In this document: positions 7,816 through 16,220 of the stretch, piece after piece
Position numbering within the stretch: the first letter of the stretch is position 1
Layout: each line of letters opens with the position of its first letter
From: Deltaproteobacteria bacterium TL4
Lineage (GTDB): Bacteria; SAR324; NAC60-12
Assembly: GCA_051382335.1 (NCBI GenBank)
Contig: JBBCAX010000029.1
Span: forward strand, 1-18,304
Length of the DNA stretch: 18,304 nt
Direction of reading: 5' to 3'
Program-made: the position numbers and the translations under genes
Notes under the pieces: generated by a model
Seen by the model: the letters and a program-made list of their open reading frames with translations, nothing else
Told to the model about the DNA's origin: nothing
The model's database searches: none

Positions 7816-9162
7816 ATGAGGAAACAGAAAGTATTGAATGAGGGAGAGAATGATTTACACCTTCATTTGTATGGTTGTTTGGATGCTCTCACACTGTGGA
7901 AGCTTGCTCGGTCAAAGGCAAATATTTCCTGGGACTTCTTTAAGCAAGAATATGAAAAACAATTCAGCGAACGTCCTGATATGGAAAGGATCATGAACGA
8001 TTCTGAAGAATCCTCTCTGGCTCAGTTTCAAAAAATCTACCTGATGCAAGCACCAGGCTGTTTTTCGGAATTTCAAGCACGATTTAATCTGATTATTGCC
8101 ATTTCAAACCTCAAGGATTTAGGCGAAGTGGCACAACTTGTCAGACAAATCGGTTTGAAGCATCACGCGGAGGGAGTACGGCATGCGGAATATCGGATGA
8201 TGTTCCCGCCAAGGTACGAAAAATCTTTTTTTAATCCGTTCATTAGCACTATTTGCGAGCAATTGGAGTGGGTTGAAAAGGAAACAAAGGGAGGGTTCGA
8301 AGGCCGATTTTCTCTGAGTCTGCCGCGTTTTGATCCCGCTGATGAAATCTATCAATGGTTGAAAGATCTCATGAAAGTTAATGCCACCGTAAGTCGTATC
8401 ACAACAAGTATTGATTTTTGCTTTTTTGAGGAGGGGTTTCCGCCTAAATTGAAAAAGAAGTTTTTTCATAGAGTTCTGGAGGATAACCAAGAGGATCCGT
8501 CAAAGGCGTTGGCCATTGTGTATCACGTAGGCGAAGCGTTTCAGGATAAAAGTTTGGAAAGCGCGATCCGGTGGGTTCATGAAGCGGCCCAATACGGGGT
8601 TCATCGTTTAGGTCACGCGATTGCCTTGGGCATCAATCCGCAACGGTACTTAAACCAGGTTTCTGAAGAAAAGATTTCTGAACGACTGGATCAAATTCAA
8701 TACGATTTGCGGCATGTCCGGGACTTTGCGCTGTTGGGATTTCACGTCAACACACAGCAATTGAAAGCGGAACAATTACAACTCAGTCAACGACTACCCG
8801 AGGATCTCTGGACACAGTCCTATACCGCTGAAAGGCTTCAAAACTGCGTCCTCCGGCAAAATTTTGTCATGCGGGCGCTCAAGGCCTTAAACGTCTGTGT
8901 TGAATCCTGTCCTACTTCAAATATGCGGATCGGTATGTTGAACACACCGCAGGAACATCCGTTACATCGCTTCATTGCCGCAAATATTCCCGTAGTCCTT
9001 GCAAGTGATGATCCGGGTATTTTTGAGGTAACCTTAGCTGACGAATATCAGTGGTTTCGGGAACATATTTCCTCCAACCCAAATCTCCTGGAACAATTGA
9101 AAAACAACACCCGCACGTTTCGTTCAGAAGCTATTTCCGGCAGGATGAACTTGAAGTCTTAA
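7816..9162 (+). CDS. Adenosine deaminase family protein (amidohydrolase fold)
   Basis: Complete metal and catalytic motif set: H15-x-H17 (DLHLHLYG), HVGE, RLGH, CPTSN, SDDPG. Confidence 0.9.
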   Translation: MRKQKVLNEGENDLHLHLYGCLDALTLWKLARSKANISWDFFKQEYEKQFSERPDMERIMNDSEESSLAQFQKIYLMQAPGCFSEFQARFNLIIAISNLKDLGEVAQLVRQIGLKHHAEGVRHAEYRMMFPPRYEKSFFNPFISTICEQLEWVEKETKGGFEGRFSLSLPRFDPADEIYQWLKDLMKVNATVSRITTSIDFCFFEEGFPPKLKKKFFHRVLEDNQEDPSKALAIVYHVGEAFQDKSLESAIRWVHEAAQYGVHRLGHAIALGINPQRYLNQVSEEKISERLDQIQYDLRHVRDFALLGFHVNTQQLKAEQLQLSQRLPEDLWTQSYTAERLQNCVLRQNFVMRALKALNVCVESCPTSNMRIGMLNTPQEHPLHRFIAANIPVVLASDDPGIFEVTLADEYQWFREHISSNPNLLEQLKNNTRTFRSEAISGRMNLKS

Positions 9163-9334
9163 AAGGGACCAGAATCCCTTTCTTAAAAACACGTCTCGTC
9201 CCTCCACAATGGTCACACAACTGGAGATTGCAGACATACTTCTCATGCTTCCCTGTTCCTTTACAGGCGGGACATTCTTCGGTAAATGGTTTTAACAAGA
9301 GGGGTGGAATGTAATTTAACAGAATTTTTTTCAT
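9131..9334 (-). CDS. Small DnaJ-type zinc-finger protein (67 aa)
   Basis: CPACKGTG and CDHCGGT form one Zn knuckle pair. The start overlaps the MT-A70 stop (ATGA, 9334-9331), indicating translational coupling. Confidence 0.65.
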   Translation of the reverse strand: MKKILLNYIPPLLLKPFTEECPACKGTGKHEKYVCNLQLCDHCGGTRRVFKKGILVPFKTSSSSCRK

Positions 9335-9939
9335 AAGGGTAAGCTCAGTTGTTCTGTATTGATTTCATTGCCCCATTGACACCATCCTCGATGATGATGA
9401 CGCGCGAATAGCTCCAGATAGGGACCAGGGCTGCAATCTTCGATGAGCTCATAGAGTTCGTCAGGTTTTTGAGAATGGCCTCTTTTGCGTGTAGAAAGGA
9501 TGTTGACTTGACGTCTTCCGGGAGACAGGGTTCTCAGTCTTCCACGAACACCAAATAATACCAATTCTGTGACATTTCGAAAATAAAAGCCGACGCCTCG
9601 TCCATCCGGGCCCCCGTCTTTTCTTATTTTAGACCACACCAAATTGGTTTTATAGGTAAAACCCCAACGTTTCATGACCTCCAAGCCTTCATACAATAAA
9701 GCGTTCGGGATCCACAAGTACAAATGACTTTGGGGCAGAGCCAATTCAGGAATAGGGAGCTCCATGATTTCTTCCAGTTTCATCGTTGAATAACGAGATA
9801 ACCTCTTGTGCTCAGGCGCCATCTTCCCTGTCCGGTTTGAAAACTGCCAGGGGGGATCCGCGAGTATGGTTCCAAATCTTCCTAAATCACGACTTAATAA
9901 ATCTTCAGCGGCTTTCAGCCCGGCACTGTCTTCTGTCAC
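9331..9939 (-). CDS. MT-A70 family SAM-dependent N6-adenine methyltransferase
   Basis: ILADPPW catalytic motif, HLYLW, WGFTYKTNLVWSK, GVGFYFRNVTE, HSQKP, LELFAR, WGNE. GGAG RBS 6 nt before the GTG start. Confidence 0.95.
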   Translation of the reverse strand: MTEDSAGLKAAEDLLSRDLGRFGTILADPPWQFSNRTGKMAPEHKRLSRYSTMKLEEIMELPIPELALPQSHLYLWIPNALLYEGLEVMKRWGFTYKTNLVWSKIRKDGGPDGRGVGFYFRNVTELVLFGVRGRLRTLSPGRRQVNILSTRKRGHSQKPDELYELIEDCSPGPYLELFARHHHRGWCQWGNEINTEQLSLPL

Positions 9940-10131
9940 AAGAATCTCCGTCTTTTGAGGTATGTTCTTCTCATTTCTCGGGTTGCCTCACCCAAGAAAG
10001 TACTCTATTAGATGAAATAATTTGAAGATTTGAACAAGTTGATTTATCTTAATGCCCTATGGCGAGTATGGTCATGATCGTACTATTGTGTCATAATTTC
10101 AATACAGAAACTTAAATTGTGAGGGGTGAAT

Positions 10132-10917
10132 ATGGATACTTCAAGAATAGTAAGCGCTGAGAGAGTCGCAATAGAAGCTCCAAGAATGGCAAGTAAGTTG
10201 ACGATATTGCTCGTTATGCTTAAATCCGTGTATGTCACACTGAAAATTTCAATTATCTGCATTTTCAAGGTTTTCATCGATCGTTTCTCTCGTGAGGAGG
10301 GCAACGCCTTATTACGCTGGTGGTCGGACAAACTGTTGAGCTTTACTCAACTCAAATATACTATTCGTAATCCACATAATTTCAAGTTTGAACCCGATCA
10401 ACCTTATATCATCATGTGCAATCACAGCTCTCATTATGATATTCCCTTGATATTCATGGCCTTGCCCGGAAGTATTCGGATGCTGGCCAAAAAGGAACTC
10501 TTTCAATTTCCTATTTGGGGACGAGGGTTGAAAGCGGGAGAATTCGTTTCCATTGACAGAAACAACCGCAAACAAGCTATGAGGGATCTACAACTCGCCA
10601 AGGAAAAAATGAAAAGCGGCGTAATTTTGTGGGTTGCACCAGAAGGAACCCGATCAAAAACAGGTCGACTCGGCCCTTTTAAAAAAGGAGGTTTCCTCCT
10701 GGCCTTACAAACAGGAGCCACCATTCTCCCCGTCGGTATCCGTGGGGCTAGCAATATCCTGCCTGCGAAAACCTTGAACCTTCAACTGGGCTGCTCGGTT
10801 GAAATACACATCGGACAACCGATAGAAGCCTCACAGTATTCGCCAACGAACGAAAAAGAACTCATGTCCGATGTCGGTCAGCGAATTTTAGAACTGGCAC
10901 AGATTGAACGAGCTTAA
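10132..10917 (+). CDS. plsC: 1-acyl-sn-glycerol-3-phosphate acyltransferase (PlsC / lysophospholipid acyltransferase family)
   Basis: NHSSHYD (HX4D), AKKEL, IDR and PEGTRS motifs. The GAGGGG RBS favours ATG 10132 over GTG 10126. Confidence 0.88.
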   Translation: MDTSRIVSAERVAIEAPRMASKLTILLVMLKSVYVTLKISIICIFKVFIDRFSREEGNALLRWWSDKLLSFTQLKYTIRNPHNFKFEPDQPYIIMCNHSSHYDIPLIFMALPGSIRMLAKKELFQFPIWGRGLKAGEFVSIDRNNRKQAMRDLQLAKEKMKSGVILWVAPEGTRSKTGRLGPFKKGGFLLALQTGATILPVGIRGASNILPAKTLNLQLGCSVEIHIGQPIEASQYSPTNEKELMSDVGQRILELAQIERA

Positions 10918-10952
10918 CCTCGAATCGGAAATGTCGTTTGTCGTGAAAAACA

Positions 10953-10987
10953 GATGAATCCCTTACCTTCTAAAAAAGGGATTCATC
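10953..10987. terminator. Hairpin downstream of plsC, likely terminator or RNA stability element
   Basis: Perfect 12-bp stem gatgaatccctt / aagggattcatc with an 11-nt loop. There is no strong U-tract. Confidence 0.5.
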
Positions 10988-11286
10988 GAATCAGTTCCGC
11001 ATGTAAACGCGCTGCTTCGCGTTCCCTCCCGCATAACCTTTCCGCAAGATAATAGCTATCAAGAAATGTTTTGTCCGAAGGCATCAGAAGTATAGGAAAA
11101 TCAAAAATTGCGCAAGTTGGATTTTTGCGGATGATATTATGGATTTTTGGGGAAGATTTGAGTTTTTAAGGATTTTCCCGGACATATTTCACTTCTTTCA
11201 GGATTCTTTTTCCTGTTCGCGCTTAACTCACTGAAAATAGCTGAATTTTGGACGGAGTGATCTTGTGGACATGGTTGAGGAATTTT

Positions 11287-11499
11287 TTACCACGCATATT
11301 CCTCATCGTGAAAATACACGACATCTGGTGGAAAAGGGTCGCCAAAGTCAAATTCGAGATTAGAGACTGCGACCGGTAATAAGAGAGGCGCTCTTTGTGT
11401 CTCTTCTCCAATAGGCTTTAGGATTTTCTTAACTTCCTGATAATCGGTAATAAAGGCTGTTTCTTGCCCTACGGCGTAATGTTCCCTGCTGATTATCAT
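11287..11499 (-). CDS. Possible small hypothetical protein or gene remnant (70 aa)
   Basis: ATG with GAAGGGG upstream and a protein-like acidic composition. No recognisable family. Confidence 0.3.
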   Translation of the reverse strand: MIISREHYAVGQETAFITDYQEVKKILKPIGEETQRAPLLLPVAVSNLEFDFGDPFPPDVVYFHDEEYAW

Positions 11500-11529
11500 T
11501 AGAGAGCCCCTTCTACCCGGTTTCCATAT

Positions 11530-12092
11530 TCAACAATAATCCGATGGAAACCGCATAAAATTCAATATTCCCAAAACGAAAAGGTAAGAGCTTTTCGCCT
11601 GTGTAAAACAAAAGGAAGCTATCTTTGCTTGAAATTCCGCGGTAAGAAGAAAATCAACAATGTTTATGGACTGAGAAGACAACTCGCTTAAAGATAAGGG
11701 GAAAAGCTCCAGTCTTGCCATATGTCCAGGCAGAGCCTCTTGAGTTCGAGCAGAGCGAAAAATATCGGCTGATCCCGTCAACAAGAATTTTTCCTTTTCG
11801 TCAGGTTGAAGTAAATCTGAAGCTTCTTTGATCGCTGGAATTAAACCGGGTGCGTATTGAAGCTCATCGAGGACTACCTTACTGGGGCCGACCTTATAAA
11901 ACCGTGAGGATCACTTTCAGCAGATCCTAAGGTAGTTTGATCATCAAGTGTGATATAGCTCATTCCCAAATGGTCCGCTACAGATCTGGCGATTGTCGTT
12001 TTACCCGCCTGACGTGGTCCTGAAAGATACAACACTCGGAATTCTACGAGTAATTCTTCTATTAGTGGTTGTAATTTCTGTGGGATCATCAT
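11530..12092 (-). pseudogene. Frameshifted, truncated AAA_14 (DUF4143-associated) ATP-binding protein
   Basis: One frame has Walker A LSGPRQAGKTT and YITLDD. After a shift near 11890 another frame continues KVVLDELQYAPGL..IK...FLLTGSA...EALPGHM..LELFPLSLSE (Walker B and later motifs). The C-terminal DUF4143 part is absent. Confidence 0.85.
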
Positions 12093-12134
12093 TTCTCATT
12101 GGTTCATGGTCATCGGTTAATTTTGAGTTTGCCT

Positions 12135-12200
12135 TGTTACCTATTTTACAGCCAATTATTACGAATTTTACATATCATTATTACGAGATTTACATCCTAA
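12135..12200. repeat. Three imperfect 22-bp tandem repeats upstream of the AAA_14 pseudogene
   Basis: tgttacctattttacagccaat / tattacgaattttacatatcat / tattacgagatttacatcctaa. The TTAC-n4-TTTACA core starts at 12137, 12159 and 12181. Confidence 0.7.
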
Positions 12201-12509
12201 ACAGGTTTAATCCAACCTTGGTACATTAGTCAAATCATATCAACTAAAAAAGGAAGGTAGGATTTAGGGCTTTTTGTGATTTTCGTGGCAAAAAGGAAAA
12301 GGAGTTAACCGGGCATTATGTTGATTAGTGTCTGAATGAAAAGAAACTTTTCTTTTACCAGATCATCCGGCCGTTCCACTGTTTAACGAAATAACGGAGG
12401 AGTTACTCGACCTGTCCTCCTTTTTCTTTTGTTTTGAAATAATGAGGAAATAAAGAGGACTTTGTTTTTTGAGGAGTTGAGTATTTCGAAAAAAATCAAT
12501 GAAATCAGG

Positions 12510-12582
<73 letters not shown>

Positions 12583-12606
12583 AAAGGGTAGGAATCGAAA
12601 GACGAA

Positions 12607-12635
12607 AATCTAAGTGTTTTTTAGGAAAGGTGCAA
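12607..12635 (-). promoter_or_regulatory. Sigma70 promoter for tRNA-Phe
   Basis: Minus strand TTGCAC (12635-12630), 17-bp spacer, TAGATT (12612-12607), with an AT-rich upstream region. Confidence 0.6.
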
Positions 12636-12809
12636 GTATTTTTTATAAAATTATCAATTTTTATTTTACTGGACTTTGAACATTCTTGAAAGGGCGGCCT
12701 TATTCATCATGAAGCTTTTATTCATGTGACGACCTTCTTGGAGTCTCCAATAAGGGATCTCGAACAGGATTTATCAAAACCCCTTAATATCCATTGAGCA
12801 ATAGAGTCT

Positions 12810-15071
12810 TTAGTAATAACAATTGCTTGGAGTATTCAGTTCTTGTTTCCATTGTGCGGTCAGCGTGGTGCCTGAAGAAGACAAAGCCTCGTTAAAATCA
12901 TGGGAAAGGACACTTTGCGCTTTCAGGGTTACCAGTTGATTCTCAAAAATAAAGCTTCTCGGTGCTAACTCGGCCTCATAGCAATAACGGGTCGCGTGTT
13001 TGATCTTACTTTGTGCCGTAATTCCCTCGGTTAATGAAATCTTGAAAAGTTGAAACCCGTTGAAATACGCCTGATCCTGGTTGCTGTAATAACTTAAAGG
13101 CAGAATCAACGCTTGTTTTGGTGCGTAATAACGAAAGGCACGGTGATCATATTGAGCATTGCTGGAACTCCAGCCTGGAACCACATACTTAAACGCCTGT
13201 TGAGGATTTGATAATGCCGAAACATCAAACACCGCAATTTGTAAACCACCACCCCAGCCTTGCGCGTTTGCATCTTGGCCTATGGCTAAAATATGTTGTT
13301 CGTCTATAGGATGAAGATAATTGGAAAATCCGGGAATCTTCAACTCTCCTACTTCCTTGGGGTTCTGAGGATCGGATAAGTCCAAGGTGTAAAAAGGATC
13401 GGTCTGCTTGAAGGTGACAACATACCCTTTACTTGCTAAAAATCGAGTAGCGTAGATGCGCTCTCCCTTGCCTAAGCCTCGGACTTGTCCTGTTTGGATG
13501 AGCTGTTCCGGAACTATTTGTAAAATGCTGACTACACTTTCAGAAGTGACGGTCTGTTCCCAATTGCCTGCGGCATTAACCCCCCATTGCGCGTCAATGG
13601 TTGAAGCGATACGCAAGTGATTCTGATAGATGTCCATGCTGAATTGATTCAGAATATAACCAGGGACCACTCCAATCGCTTGAGGCAGAGCTTGGCCTTC
13701 CTGAAGAAGGTAGGATATTAAAAACGTATCACTTTCCCATTGATGCGTCTCTGTCTGACTCCAGCCCCTTGCGCTTAACATGAGATTGGACTGATTGGCA
13801 TAGGCGATCAGAGCGTAGCCAGGTAGAAACATTCCAGAACGTTTCAGGGAAGTCAACCCTGTGGCAATATGGAAGGACGCGATTTGTCCAAAAGAACTGA
13901 GAACCTCAGGGTTTTGCTCAAAGACCGGATCCGCAGATGGTTCCTGACTCTCCTGGGTTGTTGGACGATGCATGTTATTGATTTGTACAATATGTAAACA
14001 AGCCTCTGCCGCATAAGGCTCTTCGCCAACCAATTCTTTCATGACATTCGCGCTCCACACAGGCAGAAGCTCATTGGTTTTAGTCATCGCTTGAGACAAA
14101 TAGGCTTCATCGGTGATACCTTCAGCAAAATTATAACGGTAAAGAACACCAATCAGTTCGTAGTTGTTAAGATTTGCCAGCGTTACCAAATAAGCACTGC
14201 CGTCCACTTTTCGAAGAGCCTGGTAGGAACCATTGAGTTGTTTACTCTCTGCCAACGTCAATTTACCTTCAGAGCTTACAGCATAAAGATAGATTTGTGT
14301 CGCCTCACCGATAATGACATTGGTCCCAGTGTAATCATAACTATTCGAGACCACAACCACTTTACTGCCCTCTAAAATTAAAGCGTCAATTCTATTTCCG
14401 CCGCCAAAATAAGGTTCAGACATTGCGCTGTCCGCTTGCGGCATGCCAGGAGCGCTTCCGCCTTTAGTGGGAGCATTGTTCACGTCTGGTATTGGCAAAC
14501 TGACACGATCCAGCAAATTCCCGGCAAGATCTTGAAGGATGAGATCCCGTCCATAGGCAATATAAAGATATTTACCGTCTGATTTCGCAAGATCCCCTTC
14601 ATCGACACCAGAAACTTGATTATTGGTTTCAAATCCAGATTTATCGCTCCCACTTGCTGCGCTATCAGCCGCGTTGGTAACGCCCTGCGATGAACTGCTT
14701 TCCTCCGCAGTCATCGGCGCCGCTGTGGAAACCGCGTCACTCATCACCATGTCTTCGGCCCCCCCTGATGAGGTCATGACTTGCTTGCTTTGATCTTTGT
14801 TCATTTTGATTACAGCGTATGCCAATTGCCGACCTGCAAGCTCGATATCCGCTTTTAGATCGGAACATTGCACATACCCTTTTAAAACTTCAGGACCAAA
14901 GTCCCTGAGGGTTGTCCTGACCGTAGCCGCCAACAACTGCTCTGAAGTCTCTTTGGCTGAAGTCTTTTTGCGCGAACCAGAGGAAGTCTCCCTGCATCCA
15001 CCGAAAGCTAAACTCAAGAGCCCTACGCTTAGAACAATAAGGCTGATCCTGTTGATTTGAAAACGTTTCAT
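12810..15071 (-). CDS. Beta-propeller domain lipoprotein (Beta_propel, PF09826-like)
   Basis: Lipobox LAFGG-C after a signal peptide. Family motifs ETNNQVSGVDEGDLAKSDG, LNQFSMD, GERIYATRF, YVVTFKQTDP, GELKIPGFSNYLHP. GGAGG RBS. Confidence 0.92.
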   Translation of the reverse strand: MKRFQINRISLIVLSVGLLSLAFGGCRETSSGSRKKTSAKETSEQLLAATVRTTLRDFGPEVLKGYVQCSDLKADIELAGRQLAYAVIKMNKDQSKQVMTSSGGAEDMVMSDAVSTAAPMTAEESSSSQGVTNAADSAASGSDKSGFETNNQVSGVDEGDLAKSDGKYLYIAYGRDLILQDLAGNLLDRVSLPIPDVNNAPTKGGSAPGMPQADSAMSEPYFGGGNRIDALILEGSKVVVVSNSYDYTGTNVIIGEATQIYLYAVSSEGKLTLAESKQLNGSYQALRKVDGSAYLVTLANLNNYELIGVLYRYNFAEGITDEAYLSQAMTKTNELLPVWSANVMKELVGEEPYAAEACLHIVQINNMHRPTTQESQEPSADPVFEQNPEVLSSFGQIASFHIATGLTSLKRSGMFLPGYALIAYANQSNLMLSARGWSQTETHQWESDTFLISYLLQEGQALPQAIGVVPGYILNQFSMDIYQNHLRIASTIDAQWGVNAAGNWEQTVTSESVVSILQIVPEQLIQTGQVRGLGKGERIYATRFLASKGYVVTFKQTDPFYTLDLSDPQNPKEVGELKIPGFSNYLHPIDEQHILAIGQDANAQGWGGGLQIAVFDVSALSNPQQAFKYVVPGWSSSNAQYDHRAFRYYAPKQALILPLSYYSNQDQAYFNGFQLFKISLTEGITAQSKIKHATRYCYEAELAPRSFIFENQLVTLKAQSVLSHDFNEALSSSGTTLTAQWKQELNTPSNCYY

Positions 15072-15127
15072 AGGTACCTCCTTTGAGGTTAGTTGAAACT
15101 CAGATTTTCATCTTTAATGAAATTATT

Positions 15128-15214
15128 TGTATACACTTTTATATCACTAAAACTTGAATAAATCAACATTTAATGGTAGACATAATCTATAATTATGTAG
15201 ACATTTTGTATTCA
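15128..15214. promoter_or_regulatory. Candidate operator array in a divergent promoter region
   Basis: TGTATACA (15128), GGTAGACA (15175), TGTAGACA (15196), TGTATTCA (15207), plus the palindrome ACATAAT-n5-ATTATGT (15180-15198). Confidence 0.45.
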
Positions 15215-15238
15215 CTTCATGCTCATAAAATGAACTGA

Positions 15239-15341
15239 TATACTTCTCCAGAAAAGTTTTGTCCTGGGAGTGCGGGCATCCTGCCCGCAAAAGCAGGCGG
15301 GACGCCTGCGCTCCCAGCAGGAATTTATCTGGACAACTATA
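15239..15341 (-). repeat. 103-bp mini-element (copy 2, inverted relative to copy 1)
   Basis: Ends tatacttctccagaaaagt / atttatctggacaactata. Core ctgggagtgcgggcatcctgcccgc-aaaa-gcaggcgggacgcctgcgctcccag. Confidence 0.8.
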
Positions 15342-15368
15342 CCTGTTTTCAGGAGGCTTCACTAAAGG

Positions 15369-16220
15369 ATGATCATGACACTGAAAGAGCTTTCTATTGA
15401 TATTTACCAATATCTGGATCATCGAAAGTTATTAAAGACTTATTTTGAAAGTTGTCGCGAACAAGATTCCAAGTATTCCCTGCGGTATTTCGCTCAACGT
15501 CTTAATTTCAACTCTCCTAATTACATCCAAAAGATACTGCTGGGAGATCGGAAAATTTCTGAAAAAACCTTGGATGGATTGATCAAATTATTAAAACTCA
15601 AGGGGAATGAACGAGAATATTTTGAGTTATTGGTTCAAATGGGACAATCCCAGGATTTGAATCGGAGAAATGCCTGTCATCAATCGTTGCTCTCACTCCG
15701 GGGAAAAAAACAGACGGTTAATACTTTGGAAGAAGCACAGTATGCCTGTATTTCTTCCTGGTTGCACTGGGTTGTGAGAGAAATGGCCTTCATGCGTGAT
15801 TTTGTAGTAGACGCACAGTGGATTTCAAAACGTCTTCGTGTCAAGGTCAATCCGGCAATCATTGAACAATGCTGGAAAGACTTGGAAATGGCGGAACTTC
15901 TGGTAAGAAAAGAGGGTAGTTTGAAACCAACCATGTCCAGCATTTCTTTTCCTGAGGAAGTTTATTCAATGGCTTTGCTAAATTATCATCTGGGAATTTT
16001 GGAACAGGCAAGACAGGCACTTCAGCAACAGAAGTCCACGGAACGTGAATATGGCGCGACATTGGTGGCGACAACAACGGAAAAGTATCAGCAGTTCAAA
16101 GAAAAATTAAAAAAATTCCGAAGCGAAGCCCTGGAGTTATTGGACACTCCAGCGGGGGAAGCAACGCGTGTTGTGAATTTTTCATTTCAATTGTTTCAGG
16201 TGACAGAGGACGAAAAATGA
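15369..16220 (+). CDS. TIGR02147 family protein (N-terminal HTH plus DUF4423-like domain), putative transcriptional regulator
   Basis: IYQYLDHR..L..YF....YSLRYFAQRL...SPNY...IL.G.R....EREYFELLV, then W.H.VVREM, and the C-terminal V..FSFQLF. The start may be 15375. Confidence 0.88.
   Translation: MIMTLKELSIDIYQYLDHRKLLKTYFESCREQDSKYSLRYFAQRLNFNSPNYIQKILLGDRKISEKTLDGLIKLLKLKGNEREYFELLVQMGQSQDLNRRNACHQSLLSLRGKKQTVNTLEEAQYACISSWLHWVVREMAFMRDFVVDAQWISKRLRVKVNPAIIEQCWKDLEMAELLVRKEGSLKPTMSSISFPEEVYSMALLNYHLGILEQARQALQQQKSTEREYGATLVATTTEKYQQFKEKLKKFRSEALELLDTPAGEATRVVNFSFQLFQVTEDEK

Noticed and set aside
9974..9999. Imperfect hairpin tttctcgggt...acccaagaaa upstream of MT-A70
   Set aside because: A single imperfect palindrome with no controller gene nearby. 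Too weak to call.
7816..12092. Canonical RADAR system (RdrA + RdrB)
   Set aside because: The deaminase is only 448 aa. The nearby ATPase is a broken AAA_14 gene on the opposite strand, 2.4 kb away.
12396..12430. ggagga...tcctcc hairpin followed by a T-tract
   Set aside because: It has a short stem and long loop, and the U-tract is on the + strand where no transcript is evident. Not a confident terminator for tRNA-Phe.
5341..12509. Intact integrative element or prophage at either tRNA
   Set aside because: I found no integrase, no phage genes and no repeated tRNA 3' end by eye.
15147..15422. 91-aa minus-strand ORF
   Set aside because: It runs through the 103-bp repeat and the promoter region. 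LLGAQASRLL is translated repeat sequence.
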